A stretch of DNA of 51,274 bases, counting the filler, from Squatina squatina (Eukaryota), in the NCBI GenBank assembly GCA_031763465.1. It is 3 parts of 2 records of this genome, joined end to end, with 100 filler letters (N's around TTAATTAATTAA, not from the genome) between each part and the next. Parts side by side here need not be neighbours in the genome. Positions count along the whole stretch, not along the records: positions 1 to 15,788 come from JARFOE010000046.1; positions 15,889 to 35,195 come from JARFOE010000189.1; 1 more part is not named here. One strand, given 5' to 3'. Numbering within the stretch: position 1 is the stretch's first letter; each line of letters opens with the position of its first letter. The position numbers and the translations under genes were made by a program. The notes below the pieces were generated by a model. The model did not search any database and was not told where the DNA came from. It worked only from the letters and a program-made list of their open reading frames with translations. Positions 11,628 through 23,429 of this stretch are shown one piece after another.

Positions 11628-12142
11628 TTAGTTTTAATATTACAATAATCTTGATATTTGCGTACCACAGTAATGTTTTACTTCAGTATGTGAGCTGAAT
11701 GCACACTGAACTATTGGTCCAGGGAGACGGGCATTTCCCTGACAACTGCTGGTAGTCAATGGATTTAATACACTTGGCTAGAGAGTGCCTGTCTGTATTA
11801 CATGAGCTAACTCTGAATCTGGCCTCTGTTAAACGGAGAACTCCACTTGACTCGGTGTGCGATTGTGGTTGCGGTGCTCAGTTAAGGAATGTCTTAGCGT
11901 GCAGCGTTGTCGAGACATAACGGAGTGGTCTTCAAATCGCCTCCTCCAGCAGCAGCATGGTGTCACCACGTTCTTCAGCTGGCCCAGTTGACTCGGAAAA
12001 TCTTCTGCGATTGATTGCGCAGAAGAGGCTTCTTTTGGAAGTCGAGGTTGTGAATCACGCTATATAAATCTTTCCTTCTTTTAAAAAAAATGATTCCTAG
12101 AACGAAAGCAAGTTATTTTCCTGATTTGAATGTAGCAATGTA

Positions 12143-12148
12143 TTTATT
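12143..12148 (-). promoter_or_regulatory. Possible RBM18 polyadenylation signal
   Basis: AATAAA on the minus strand at the end of the AT-rich stretch downstream of the RBM18 stop. Other sites, including any inside the gap, cannot be excluded. Confidence 0.3.
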
Positions 12149-14532
12149 GAAATCTCTCTAATGTAAACCAGAGGGGCAGCGGTTTACAAATAAAAACAGC
12201 AAACATTTTTCTTGTTCAGGAGAATTTAGACAAGAAAAACTGAAAATTAACTATTATTTCTTTCCTAATATGTATTTACATTTTTAAAAAATTACAAAAA
12301 TGGCAGCCTGAATCACTGTAATGTAGCTCTAATATCATGGCATAATCATGACACTAAAATGATTTAGGCTGCCATTTTGCTTGTAAAATATTTCAAATTT
12401 AGTTGGGAAGGAAAGTGATTTTGCAAATGAACACACAAATGAACTCAGACCAACTATTTTTAAGTACATTCATTTTTAATGATCATTTTCAAAAAGATAA
12501 AATGGGCATTACAGAAAAGGAAACCGGTCACAAAATCTAGAAAAAAAACATATCCTCCATTCTCCAATGTTGATGATTTGAAAGTCTAATATTTTTACCT
12601 AAAAATGTTTAATTGCAAGTCATAAATAACAAATTTTACACAAGGAATGACATTAACATTTTACCATTATTAGCACGGACTAACAAAGTCTTTAAAAGGG
12701 ATTCAGTCATAAAATATACACAAAATACAGTTTCTAATTGAAATCATGATCTGTTCTCGGGATGACTTGTCAATGTACAAATACAAACCCAAGATTAAGC
12801 ATGGGCCCCTTCTCTAAGTCACAAGATTCAACCCATTGTGAATGGGAATTATCCAGTCACTTTGGCCTGATTTGTGTACCAAGGATTGGAAAAAAATAGG
12901 AAGCAGTCTTACCACTTTAGGTGGTTTACATACAAAAAGGCCAGTCAGTTCCTGAGATTGAGTTAGTGGCTTGGCTAAAGCAAGAAAGGCTCACTCTTCA
13001 AAAAGTTGGGTCATAGTGCTCAAGACATCTGGCTAGCTACAACATAAAACCCGCATAACATTAACCAATTTAACTCTAAAGGCTGCTTAGAGTAACAGTA
13101 TCAGTTTTTGTAAATATTTACAAATCCATGTTCACACATTTTATNNNNNNNNNNNNNNNNNNNNNNNNNNNNNNNNNNNNNNNNNNNNNNNNNNNNNNNN
13201 NNNNNNNNNNNNNNNNNNNNNNNNNNNNNNNNNNNNNNNNNNNNNNNNNNNNNNNNNNNNNNNNNNNNNNNNNNNNNNNNNNNNNNNNNNNNNNNNNNNN
13301 NNNNNNNNNNNNNNNNNNNNNNNNNNNNNNNNNNNNNNNNNNNNNNNNNNNNNNNNNNNNNNNNNNNNNNNNNNNNNNNNNNNNNNNNNNNNNNNNNNNN
13401 NNNNNNNNNNNNNNNNNNNNNNNNNNNNNNNNNNNNNNNNNNNNNNNNNNNNNNNNNNNNNNNNNNNNNNNNNNNNNNNNNNNNNNNNNNNNNNNNNNNN
13501 NNNNNNNNNNNNNNNNNNNNNNNNNNNNNNNNNNNNNNNNNNNNNNNNNNNNNNNNNNNNNNNNNNNNNNNNNNNNNNNNNNNNNNNNNNNNNNNNNNNN
13601 NNNNNNNNNNNNNNNNNNNNNNNNNNNNNNNNNNNNNNNNNNNNNNNNNNNNNNNNNNNNNNNNNNNNNNNNNNNNNNNNNNNNNNNNNNNNNNNNNNNN
13701 NNNNNNNNNNNNNNNNNNNNNNNNNNNNNNNNNNNNNNNNNNNNNNNNNNNNNNNNNNNNNNNNNNNNNNNNNNNNNNNNNNNNNNNNNNNNNNNNNNNN
13801 NNNNNNNNNNNNNNNNNNNNNNNNNNNNNNNNNNNNNNNNNNNNNNNNNNNNNNNNNNNNNNNNNNNNNNNNNNNNNNNNNNNTGGAAAAGAATACATAC
13901 TATTTTACAAATATCATTTTGTGATCTAACAAGCTCTCAGTTCAGTTTGAACAGTCAAAATAAAACTTCTGTATCATCACCAGACTCTCCATGATGTTCT
14001 TTGCTTGTGAAATCTGCAACTGTATTTGCGTTGCAATTCTAAATTTGCAAAGAAATTTGGAAAGGTGAAATATCATCATAGAAGCCAGGGCCTTTTTTGT
14101 CAAACTTACAACCTTAGTTACATCGAAAATTGCCATCCTACATGATAAACCACAGCAGAAAATCCCTGCACCACAAATTGCAAGAAGCTGTTAAGTGACA
14201 TTAGTCAAGTAACAGACGTATTTCAGTCGTACTGACACCACCCAAAGTCATGGGCACAGAGCCTTAAACAGCATGGCCAAAACAGACGCCCAGATTAGGG
14301 AATCAGATTTCTCGGGTGAAGAGTAGTAGTTAGCACTACTAATGACCCTGCTGGAATAGATTTGAACCGCGTGCTATAAAGACAAACAGCTTAAACTTGT
14401 TTCCTTAGAAAAATAAATTATATCATATCAAGTCACTGTACAGGAGTTGTTAGGTTTTACAGTGTCACTAAATATCGTGTGAAGAAATCTGATGAAAAAG
14501 ATATGACTGAAATGAAGCTCTCGTGGTCTCAG

Positions 14533-14707
14533 TCATCGCTTGGATTTACGAGCGAGTCTAGAATAGGGAGCAGTTCGTGACTTGTTACCCGGTACTTTGT
14601 CTGTGGGCTTATTGTACGAGTAAGCTGGGGGCCCTGTATATTCAGCATCTGGGTTTTCAGCCATCATTTTAAGCTTGGTTTCGATTGCTTTTATTTTTGC
14701 GCTAATG
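14533..14707 (-). CDS. RBM18: RBM18 last coding exon
   Basis: ctttttatttgcag|C ATT AGC...CGA TGA, 175 nt. Encodes [57 protein letters not shown], versus human [55 protein letters not shown]18 is also the 5' neighbour of LHX6 in human. Confidence 0.95.
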
Positions 14708-15256
14708 CTGCAAATAAAAAGAGAAGGCCATTAGAACAAGATTAAAGCGCTTTAATCTGCATTATATCCTGTGGCTTTGATAAGTCAATAGCAAAGTGAC
14801 TTTCAAAATCAAGTAGTTGGCTATTAACATAATAGCTTAACATATAATTTGCCAGACTTCAGTAAATGCAGATATCTAATGTAAAGCACCAAAATGAAAG
14901 CTTTCCTAAAGTGTTTGAAGTTTTCAATTGAATAATACAAAAAATGTTTTTTTTTTTAAATTCAAAAAAGGAATAATCTTGTTGGCAGAATGGGTTACAT
15001 TTTATCAGAAGAGCAATATCTAGAATTTTATTCAACCAAAACTATATGGTAAGATCTTTTAGTAATTGTTTTATATCCTGAAATAACACGCATCAAAAAG
15101 TAGTGTGGTCAGATGATCAAACTGTATTCAGTAAATGGCACCCATTTTGTTTCCTTTTTCTTCTGTGGAACACACTTCAAATTATACACTGGGCCCCCGC
15201 TATAACCCACGGAGTCCATATCGTGGGACTGCGTTAAAGGTGGACCGTGTTATGAC

Positions 15257-15683
15257 GCGGTCGGGCACTAGGACTGCGGTGAAACCACTATTGCCGAGGT
15301 CGGGCACTGGGACCGCAGTGAAACCTCTACTGTCAAGTTGGGCACCGAGACCGTGGTGAAACCACTATTGCCGAGGTCGGGCACTGGGACCAGTGAAACC
15401 ACTACTGCCGAAGTCGGGCACTGGGACCACAGTGAAACCACTACTGCCGAAGTCGGGCACTGGGACCGCGGTGAAACCTCTACTGCGAGGTCGGGCACTG
15501 GGACCGCAGTGAAACCACTATTGCCGAGGTCGGGTGCTGGGATCGCAGTGAAACCACCATTGCCGAAGTCGGGCGCTGGGACCGAGGTGTAACCACGATT
15601 GCCGAGGTCGGGCGCTGGGACCGAGGTGTAACCACGATTGCCGAGGTCGGGCGCTGGGACCGCGGTGAAACCACTATTGCCGA
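15257..15683. repeat. GC/CpG-rich minisatellite, ~39-bp unit, ~11 copies
   Basis: Unit gcggtgaaaccactattgccgaggtcgggcactgggacc with point variants and small indels. It lies in the RBM18 intron and produces the 13-aa periodic ORFs. Confidence 0.95.
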
Positions 15684-15788
15684 TTAAAGGATCAGACTCC
15701 AGGCTGCATTGATCTGTTATGATCAGTTTTTCAGTGTGGCATGTACCTGTAGTCAATTATTCTAAAAATCCACAATTTTCTTAAAATA

Positions 15789-15888
15789 NNNNNNNNNNNN
15801 NNNNNNNNNNNNNNNNNNNNNNNNNNNNNNNNTTAATTAATTAANNNNNNNNNNNNNNNNNNNNNNNNNNNNNNNNNNNNNNNNNNNN
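15789..15888. other. Artificial scaffold-joining linker
   Basis: Exactly 44 N + TTAATTAATTAA + 44 N. The 12-mer has stop codons in all six frames, and the same structure recurs at 35196-35295. Confidence 0.92.
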
Positions 15889-17527
15889 TCCAGTTGTAGT
15901 CCCCCTAGTGCTGCAATATGACATAGAGATGGAGCAGAGGCAGCAAAGGGGAGAAGCTGCTCACAGAGGGAGGAGGAGGAGGGGGAAGAGGAACAAGCAG
16001 AAGAGGAAAAAGCAGAGGAGGAGGAAGTGGAGGAAGGAGGCAACCCAGACCGCCCCTTTCTGGAGGGATATCTGGGATCCAGTGAACACAACCCTAATTC
16101 TTCTTTCAACATTTGTCTGACACATTACCTTCCCTCAGTTACTGACCAACAGCATCATCTTGGCCACAATGCTGAAATAAAAGCCACCACAAAGCAAACT
16201 TTCCAATCCAAATTTATCCATATATGTATCCAATATTACACAAAAAAAAATCAACTAACCACCCTTGTGCATTCCCTTAGTAACTGTCTTGTGTGTGCCT
16301 TTGCCTATCCTAGTGCTCCTACGCAGTGCTACCCCAGTGGCTGCAGCATGGCTGGTGGAAGCCTGCTGACTTTCAGTGGAGGAGACTGCAGATGGTCTTG
16401 GAGGACAACCTTGAGCTGCTTTGGGCCTAGAAGGCAAAAGCAAGTACATTGGCGGAGTGGCAGTAGTGGGAGGACAAACGCTGTCATCCTGAGAGAGGAC
16501 AGCAGGTTTATGCTTGATGAAGCCACTGTCACTGCCCCGGTGCTGCACCTAAGCAATCCTAGTAATCTGTTTGAGGACAGATTGCTGCACTGCTGTGACG
16601 TCCTGCAAGCCCTTTTGAACACTAGAATCCACAGCCATGATGAGAGCAGTCTGAACTTCCACTGCAGTACTCAGAAATTGGGTGGGTTCTGACACTGCAT
16701 CATGATTGGGTCGACAAGTAAGCTAATGGAGTTGGCCACCACTTCCATTGCTGGAAATATTGGGCTCCGAGCACTAAACAAAGCCCTGTGCCCAGTTGGT
16801 GCTGGACTCCTCCATGCGCAGGCTTTCTTGCATTTAATCGTGCATAACCATTGGCCTTTCTTCTATAGCCTGCCCCATCGAAGTCATCATCCGAATCCTC
16901 TGCAGCAGAACTCAACCTCCGGAAAGCTGGCAACATTGCTATCCTGGTCCCCTACCCTGGCTGCAGGCCACTCATGCCTGGTGTCTTACCATGTGCAGAT
17001 CCCATCTCCTGCCCCCTAAATTACGCGCAATGTCAGTGAGTGTGAAATTGAGTGACAGTGTGCCTTCATCTTCACTATTTTACAGCTCTTTCACCACTGC
17101 CTGACCAGGTGGCAGTTCTTGGGTATCTGACAGGAGAAAGGCACAATGGTAAGGTTGGGCTGAGAGTAGAGGGAACAGCAGGAAGTGCATGCTTACACCA
17201 TCTGCAACTTGTAAATCAAAAGAGATTGTGATGAGTGGGATGTGAGAAGAAGGATTAGGTATAAGGATTTTGTCATCTTCTATGGTTTCAGCCCGGCTGC
17301 TGGCCGCTGGCCATGGCCTCAGCAACAGCTGTCCCAACAATGGCCCGCACCGTCTCCACCAGGGGAGTTAGGAGATGCAGGTATACCTGTCCCCTGCCAG
17401 TTAGCTCCTGTTGTCTCCTGTTGTGCGCCACCTTGTCCTGCAAGAGAGATGGAAGTGTGCCAGTGAGTGTGGTGCAGTCTGTTTGGGTGATGTGGATTTC
17501 ATGGTAGAATCGCTGGCAGGGTGTGCA
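15889..17527. mobile_element. Degenerate PIF/Harbinger transposon internal region (Myb/SANT partner gene on the minus strand; probable acidic transposase C-terminus on the plus strand)
   Basis: Minus strand ttgcag|DKVAHNRRQQELTGRGQVYLHLLTPLVETVRAIVG from 17437 resembles the K.AHNRR...TGGG...LTPLEE segment of Harbinger Myb/SANT proteins. A GAG/GAA-rich poly-Glu tract lies at about 15965-16040 on the plus strand. Frameshifted. Confidence 0.65.
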
Positions 17528-19722
17528 NNNNNNNNNNNNNNNNNNNNNNNNNNNNNNNNNNNNNNNNNNNNNNNNNNNNNNNNNNNNNNNNNNNNNNNNN
17601 NNNNNNNNNNNNNNNNNNNNNNNNNNNTTTTAGCCGCACCTAAACATGAGATTCTCACTGGTGAATTTTGGAGTCACCAGGGCCTTCTGATGTTCTCAAA
17701 AATATTACATCGAATTTAATTGTTAAAAATTGGGCATTGATTTGACAATGAAATATAGCTTGAACCAGCCCTCCTCCTTTATTGTTGCTAAAATAAAATA
17801 CAATCAACATTGGTGAATACAGCGTTTTTAAAAATAGGGTATCTTGCCCTGCACTGTTCACCTCCTTGACAATCAGATGTAATATTTACTTGGGAATATA
17901 TGATTAAACAATATTATACAATAATTTGTATTGTTCTTAAATAATTCATGCCCAACATTGGTTTAGGGAACCTTAGTACATTTTAGGTATGAGCTCTGTG
18001 GGCTCAGCTTCACTGCCTGAATGTGAATTGAAAGTCAGTGATGCAACCTGTGAAAATGTACATTTATATTGCTAAACTGATGAATAAAATAGTGATTTTT
18101 GTAGTCAGCCTTCTAAGCTAGTGGGACCTAGTGACATTGGTAATTTACCTCCCAGACACTCCTAAAAAAAAAGTAGCTACTGAATATCGTTGTTGCTCCA
18201 GTCAATGAGTGTATAGGTTGAGTTGTCCGATAGGGCAGAATCTGCCTGACTTTACATTCAGCCTTTGAAGTCTATTGTTTACACCAGTGCATGTTTTTAT
18301 TTATTATTACGATTGTGTATTCCATTGAACAATACAAAACTTCCGAAAACCAGCTATGGCATTTGATCATTGGTCGTAATAGTGAAGACACTGAAAATTA
18401 TGCTTTTTTGCTAATAATTTCTGATGTTCAGCTAAAGAGAGGATTTAGTTGACCTGAAAACCTGAAGATTACTGTTGGCTAAGATGGTGGACAAGCACTT
18501 CCACGCGTTCATATGGCATTCTTTTGTCTGCTATTTTAATAGTTAACCGATTTAAAATAAGTGGAATGATGCCTGTATAAAAAATAATTGATAAGTAATN
18601 NNNNNNNNNNNNNNNNNNNNNNNNNNNNNNNNNNNNNNNNNNNNNNNNNNNNNNNNNNNNNNNNNNNNNNNNNNNNNNNNNNNNNNNNNNNNNNNNNNNN
18701 NNNNNNNNNNNNNNNNNNNNNNNNNNNNNNNNNNNNNNNNNNNNNNNNNNNNNNNNNNNNNNNNNNNNNNNNNNNNNNNNNNNNNNNNNNNNNNNNNNNN
18801 NNNNNNNNNNNNNCATTGTAATATCATCAAACCAGTGCAGTTCAGTGTCATTTTAATAGTGTTACTTTCTTTTTATGCCCCTTATAAAGTTTCCTGAACT
18901 TTCCAAATATTTTTGCAATGCACTCTAAAATACTACGCTGAAAAACTCCATTTAAAACAGAATTTTGTTGTGGTTGTAAAATGAGTCCAAGAAACATTTA
19001 ATTTTAAATGAATAATTAACTTGAAGGCCATTACAAATGACTAAATCCTGCTATTAAAATGTAAATATTTTTGTAAACAAAACCAATTGTAAATGTTTGC
19101 AATACTGATGTTAATAGTATTTTATGTTTTGCAAAAAACTGTTTCGAGAAACAGTTCTATTTTTTAATAGTTTAATCATACCGAGTTTTCTGTCCAGTCT
19201 GATTAGTTTATCCCAATATTGGCCCTGTTATGTTCTTGTTGGTCAGTCTCCTTCCTGGCTGATGATCGATCTATCTGCAGACACATTTCCCAATGTTATT
19301 TTAAGTTGCGTGAAGTGATTGCATCCTTGTTTGTAACGCAGTCCTTGCGATATCGCACCCAAACTGAGCATTCTGTCCTGGGAAAATCACCAGACAACGT
19401 TGGCCCAGAATCGGACCCACAATATTAAACGCAGAAAGTGCTGTAAGACTGCCAGGAACTTCTGAATAGGGAATATTTACAAGGGAGCCACTGCAACAAA
19501 TATGCCCTGTTCGTTATGAAACTCTCTTGCTTTGATGAATTACTGCAGTGTTTCAAACCCCACTATCCTGGGTCTTGTAGACACAAGGGAATTATTCACT
19601 AAGGGTTTGGTCTGTTAGCANNNNNNNNNNNNNNNNNNNNNNNNNNNNNNNNNNNNNNNNNNNNNNNNNNNNNNNNNNNNNNNNNNNNNNNNNNNNNNNN
19701 NNNNNNNNNNNNNNNNNNNNAC

Positions 19723-19797
19723 GATCACGCCCGGGTGTCCCTGGAGATGGAGCACGCGGTGTCCACCAGCTCGCCTGAGGCCTTGCGCAACCAGTGA
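19723..19797 (+). CDS. Candidate coding exon fragment, product unknown
   Basis: CpG-rich frame DHARVSLEMEHAVSTSSPEALRNQ* emerging from a gap; 22 of 24 codons end in G/C in an AT-rich background. AATAAA at 19924-19929; alternatively a CA|GTGAGC splice donor. Confidence 0.35.
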   Translation, partial: DHARVSLEMEHAVSTSSPEALRNQ

Positions 19798-20313
19798 GCA
19801 CCGGAGGGACTGGAATCCTTCATCACCCCTCCCCAAAACAGAAGTTTATTTTAAATTTGAAACTGATATATTAACCAGTATATTTTTATTTGTTTTGTTC
19901 ACTTAGTTTGTTCGTATATGGTTAATAAAAGTGTAAGTAAGTTGATACAGAATGATGTGTAGAGATCTGAATGTGCTCTGTTCATATTCTGACTTGCGGT
20001 TTGGTTTGTGATTCACTGGTGGCTCTTGGTTTTATCCACTCACCAGTAATTTGAGTTTAATCAATTCCCACTCATGATGCTAGCTATAGTGTCTTACTAT
20101 TGCTAAAAAGGGACTTGCTTTTGCCCAAGGGATACATAGCATTTTATCGACCAGTCCAGTCAGAATTAGCGCTGGGAGTTATGAAAAGGTTTCAGCTGTC
20201 TCTCCCACATGAAAGGGTGGAAGAGATTCCCACAGCTCTCAGCAGCTCCGATGGGAAATAAAAAATCTCAATAAGAACACAATGAAATGAAACCTATAAA
20301 GGCAATCAGCAGT

Positions 20314-20655
20314 TGGGGACTGGGGCAGTGCAGTGGGTTAGCACTTCTGCACTGATGACATGAAGATGTTCCTGTGTAGCTGTAAGGTTCCTCAGCAAAA
20401 TGGGTTTGGGCAGTGTTAACCCAGTTCCTAGTGATTACAGGGCAACAGCACAATCTGCCCATAAATTGGCAATCTCCCTCAAAAAAGGTATTAAGGATGG
20501 TTTATGAGGGAAATGGAAAAGTTCACACTCCTGCAGTAGTTAGTGCTTTTTTTGAGGTTGGATGTGAAGCACCTGTTGGGTAGATTAAAGAAAGCTTCAC
20601 TTTCTATCTGGGCTTGGCACACTGAATCCAAGAGTGTTTCATGTTGACACTGGAT
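20314..20655 (+). mobile_element. LF-SINE-like element
   Basis: tRNA-like head ggggactggggcagtgcagtgggttagcac; aaatgggtttgggcagtgttaacccagttcctagtg and aattggcaatctc resemble the LF-SINE consensus as recalled. Confidence 0.55.
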
Positions 20656-20801
20656 GACTTCAGATGACGGTGACTCTCACTTCCAATTCTTGATGTGTTC
20701 CNNNNNNNNNNNNNNNNNNNNNNNNNNNNNNNNNNNNNNNNNNNNNNNNNNNNNNNNNNNNNNNNNNNNNNNNNNNNNNNNNNNNNNNNNNNNNNNNNNN
20801 N

Positions 20802-22050
20802 AAAAATCTATCAATCTCCGTTTTGAAATTTTCAATTGACCCCCAGCCTCGACAGTTTTTTGGGAAAGAATTCCAGATTTCCACTACTCTTTATGCTTTC
20901 TGACATCACCCCTGAACAGCCCAGCTCTCATTTTAAGGTTACGCTCCCTTGTTCTCGACTCTCCCACCAGAGAAAATAGTTTCTCTCTATCAACTCCTTT
21001 GTTCATCTTAAACATCTCGATTAGACCGCCTCAAGAGAATACAAGCTTAGTCTATGGAACCTGTCTTCATAATTTAACCCTTTTACCCCCGGTATAATGA
21101 TGAATCTGTGTCGCACCCCCTCCAAGACCAAGATATTCTTGCTGAGGTGCGGTGTCCAGAACTGAATGCACGACCCCAGATGGGGTCTAACCAGAGCTCT
21201 ATCCAGCTGTACCATAGCTTCCACCTCTTTGTATTCCAGTCCTCTTGAGATAAAGGCCAATATTGCATTAGAGTTTTAATTATGTTTTTGTACCTGTCCA
21301 CTAATTTTTCATTATTTTGGCGCTTCGATTCCTAATCCCTAGCTCATCCACAGTTCCTCGCTTCTCACCATTTAGAAAATACTTTGATTTATCTTTCTTG
21401 GGTCCAAAGTGGATGGCATCACACTCTTCTACATTGAACTGCACCTGGCTCAGCTTTGCTCACTCACCTAATCTATCAGTGACCCATTGCAACTTTCAGC
21501 TTCCATCTACACTATTTACTGTGCCAGCTAATTTACTGCCATCAGCAAACTTGGACATACAGCTCCCTATTCCTTCGTACAAGTCCTTTATAAATATAAT
21601 GACAAGCAAAAGCCCCAGGACAGATCTATGGGGGACATCATTAGTCACATCCTGCCAATTGGAATACATACCCATTATCCCGACTCTCTGTCTCCCTACC
21701 TCCTAACCAATTCCCTATCCAAGCCTCCAATTCCATGCAATTTTGTAAACAGTCTCTTTTGTGGAACCTTGTTGAATCCCTTCTGGAAGTACAAATAAAT
21801 AACATGCACAGACACTCCCTTATCAACCACGTTTGTTACCTCCTCAGAAAATTCACTCGGTTCGTCAGACATGACTTACCGTTTATAAATCCATGCTGGC
21901 TCTCTCTGATCAGCTCATATTTGTCCAAGTGCTCAGTCACGGTGTCCCTATTAACAGATTCTAGTAACTTCCCCACAACTGACGTTAGACTAATAGGCCT
22001 ATAATTTCCTAGTTTATCTCCTATTCTTAAATAATGGAGTGACATTCTCA
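20802..22050 (-). mobile_element. CR1-clade LINE ORF2 (reverse transcriptase) fragment, degenerate
   Basis: Translations NYRPISLTSVVGKLLES...IRESQHGFINGKSCLTN and AFISRGLEYK...RALVRPHL...QFWTPH, with stops and frameshifts. Confidence 0.92.
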
Positions 22051-23429
22051 ATCTCAGTGCAGTTATTTAGAATAATATTGTATAAAATTNNNNNNNNNNN
22101 NNNNNNNNNNNNNNNNNNNNNNNNNNNNNNNNNNNNNNNNNNNNNNNNNNNNNNNNNNNNNNNNNNNNNNNNNNNNNNNNNNNNNNNNNAACTTTGCCAA
22201 GGAAATTGTTAACGGCAATTAATCATTTTGTTTGTGCAGTTCTTGAAGTCACTGTTCTGGTTCTGGTCCTGTTTGGCGTGGAACTTGGCCCACTAACCTC
22301 CAATGTTTTGCACAATTCGTTCCGAATAGTAATCGATGTTGCAATTGTCAATATTATTCTGCAAGCTGTTTGCTCTTTCTGTAGTCGTCCCAATTTCGGG
22401 ATCATTCTCCTCGCAGACTTGAATCTGTAGAAATACTTTTCTGATCATCTCATTTCTTCAGGCACAATGCCACTTAGCTTGGATTCTGAATTTTGGATGC
22501 ATGCCTATTAGCGTTGCATTAAAAAAAGGTTATTTGTTTAGTGATCAGCACTGGTTAGAAGAGTTGCTTTGAAGCTGTATCATGATTTATCGCTTAATTT
22601 GTTACAACAGGTGCAGCTTGCTAATATAAATCAACATGCAGCACTGTTCGTCATCAATTGTGCAGGCATAATTGATCTATCTCACTATGGAACGATGCAT
22701 TACTGTCAGATCTGAGCCTTGTAGTGTGTTGATATCCTGGCTACAACTGAACTCCGATTCACAGACTTTGAAACTAATCTTGTTTTCCTTCTGCTTGAAG
22801 GATTTAAACAAGAGTAGTTATTGAAACATTTGCTGTGCTTNNNNNNNNNNNNNNNNNNNNNNNNNNNNNNNNNNNNNNNNNNNNNNNNNNNNNNNNNNNN
22901 NNNNNNNNNNNNNNNNNNNNNNNNNNNNNNNNNNNNNNNNGTATCTCCAGTGGTTTACGGACTAGAACATAACGTCTCTCCCCCTCTTCAGAGAGTCAAT
23001 TACTACCAGACATTTTGTCATTTAAAATTTTTAAATAATTATTTTTGTTGATTCAGTTAACTGGGGTGATGGTAGGGGTGCGACATTTAGCCTGAATATC
23101 AGCTGTGACTCTGAGTCAGAAGGTTGTGGATTTGTTTGTAAATCAGGTAAGGGCAGGATAAGACTTGTGACTCTCCCCATAGTCAAATAGCCTCACTGCC
23201 TCAGCTCAAACATGAAGAGTAGCCACTTGGGTTTGGGAAGCGAAGGCAATGCCAAGCTACGTACTACTTTAGGATGGAAATAAATGCCCCTTTGTAATTG
23301 TTAACCAATGGGGTGGACAAGCTCATGCTGGGCTGGATTACTCTTTTTAATATTGATTCAAATAAAACTGGATAAACTGGCGAAGAAGAAGGGATGATTA
23401 TGATAGAGACTATTGTGGGTGGAGGGGAG

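Noticed and set aside
13101-13994. Long ORFs of 265 and 288 aa
   Set aside because: Almost entirely N-gap; the same applies to all X-containing ORFs in the track.
15257-15683. CRISPR array or repeat protein (TAVKPLLPRSGTG)n
   Set aside because: Head-to-tail units without unique spacers, no cas genes, vertebrate intron, and indels shift the frame between units: a minisatellite.
15833-15844. TTAATTAATTAA as a homeodomain site or biological palindrome
   Set aside because: Centred between exactly 44 N on each side, twice; an assembly linker.
15908-16120. Protamine-like Arg/Lys-rich ORF
   Set aside because: Alternative frame of a GA-rich low-complexity tract within a decayed Harbinger element.
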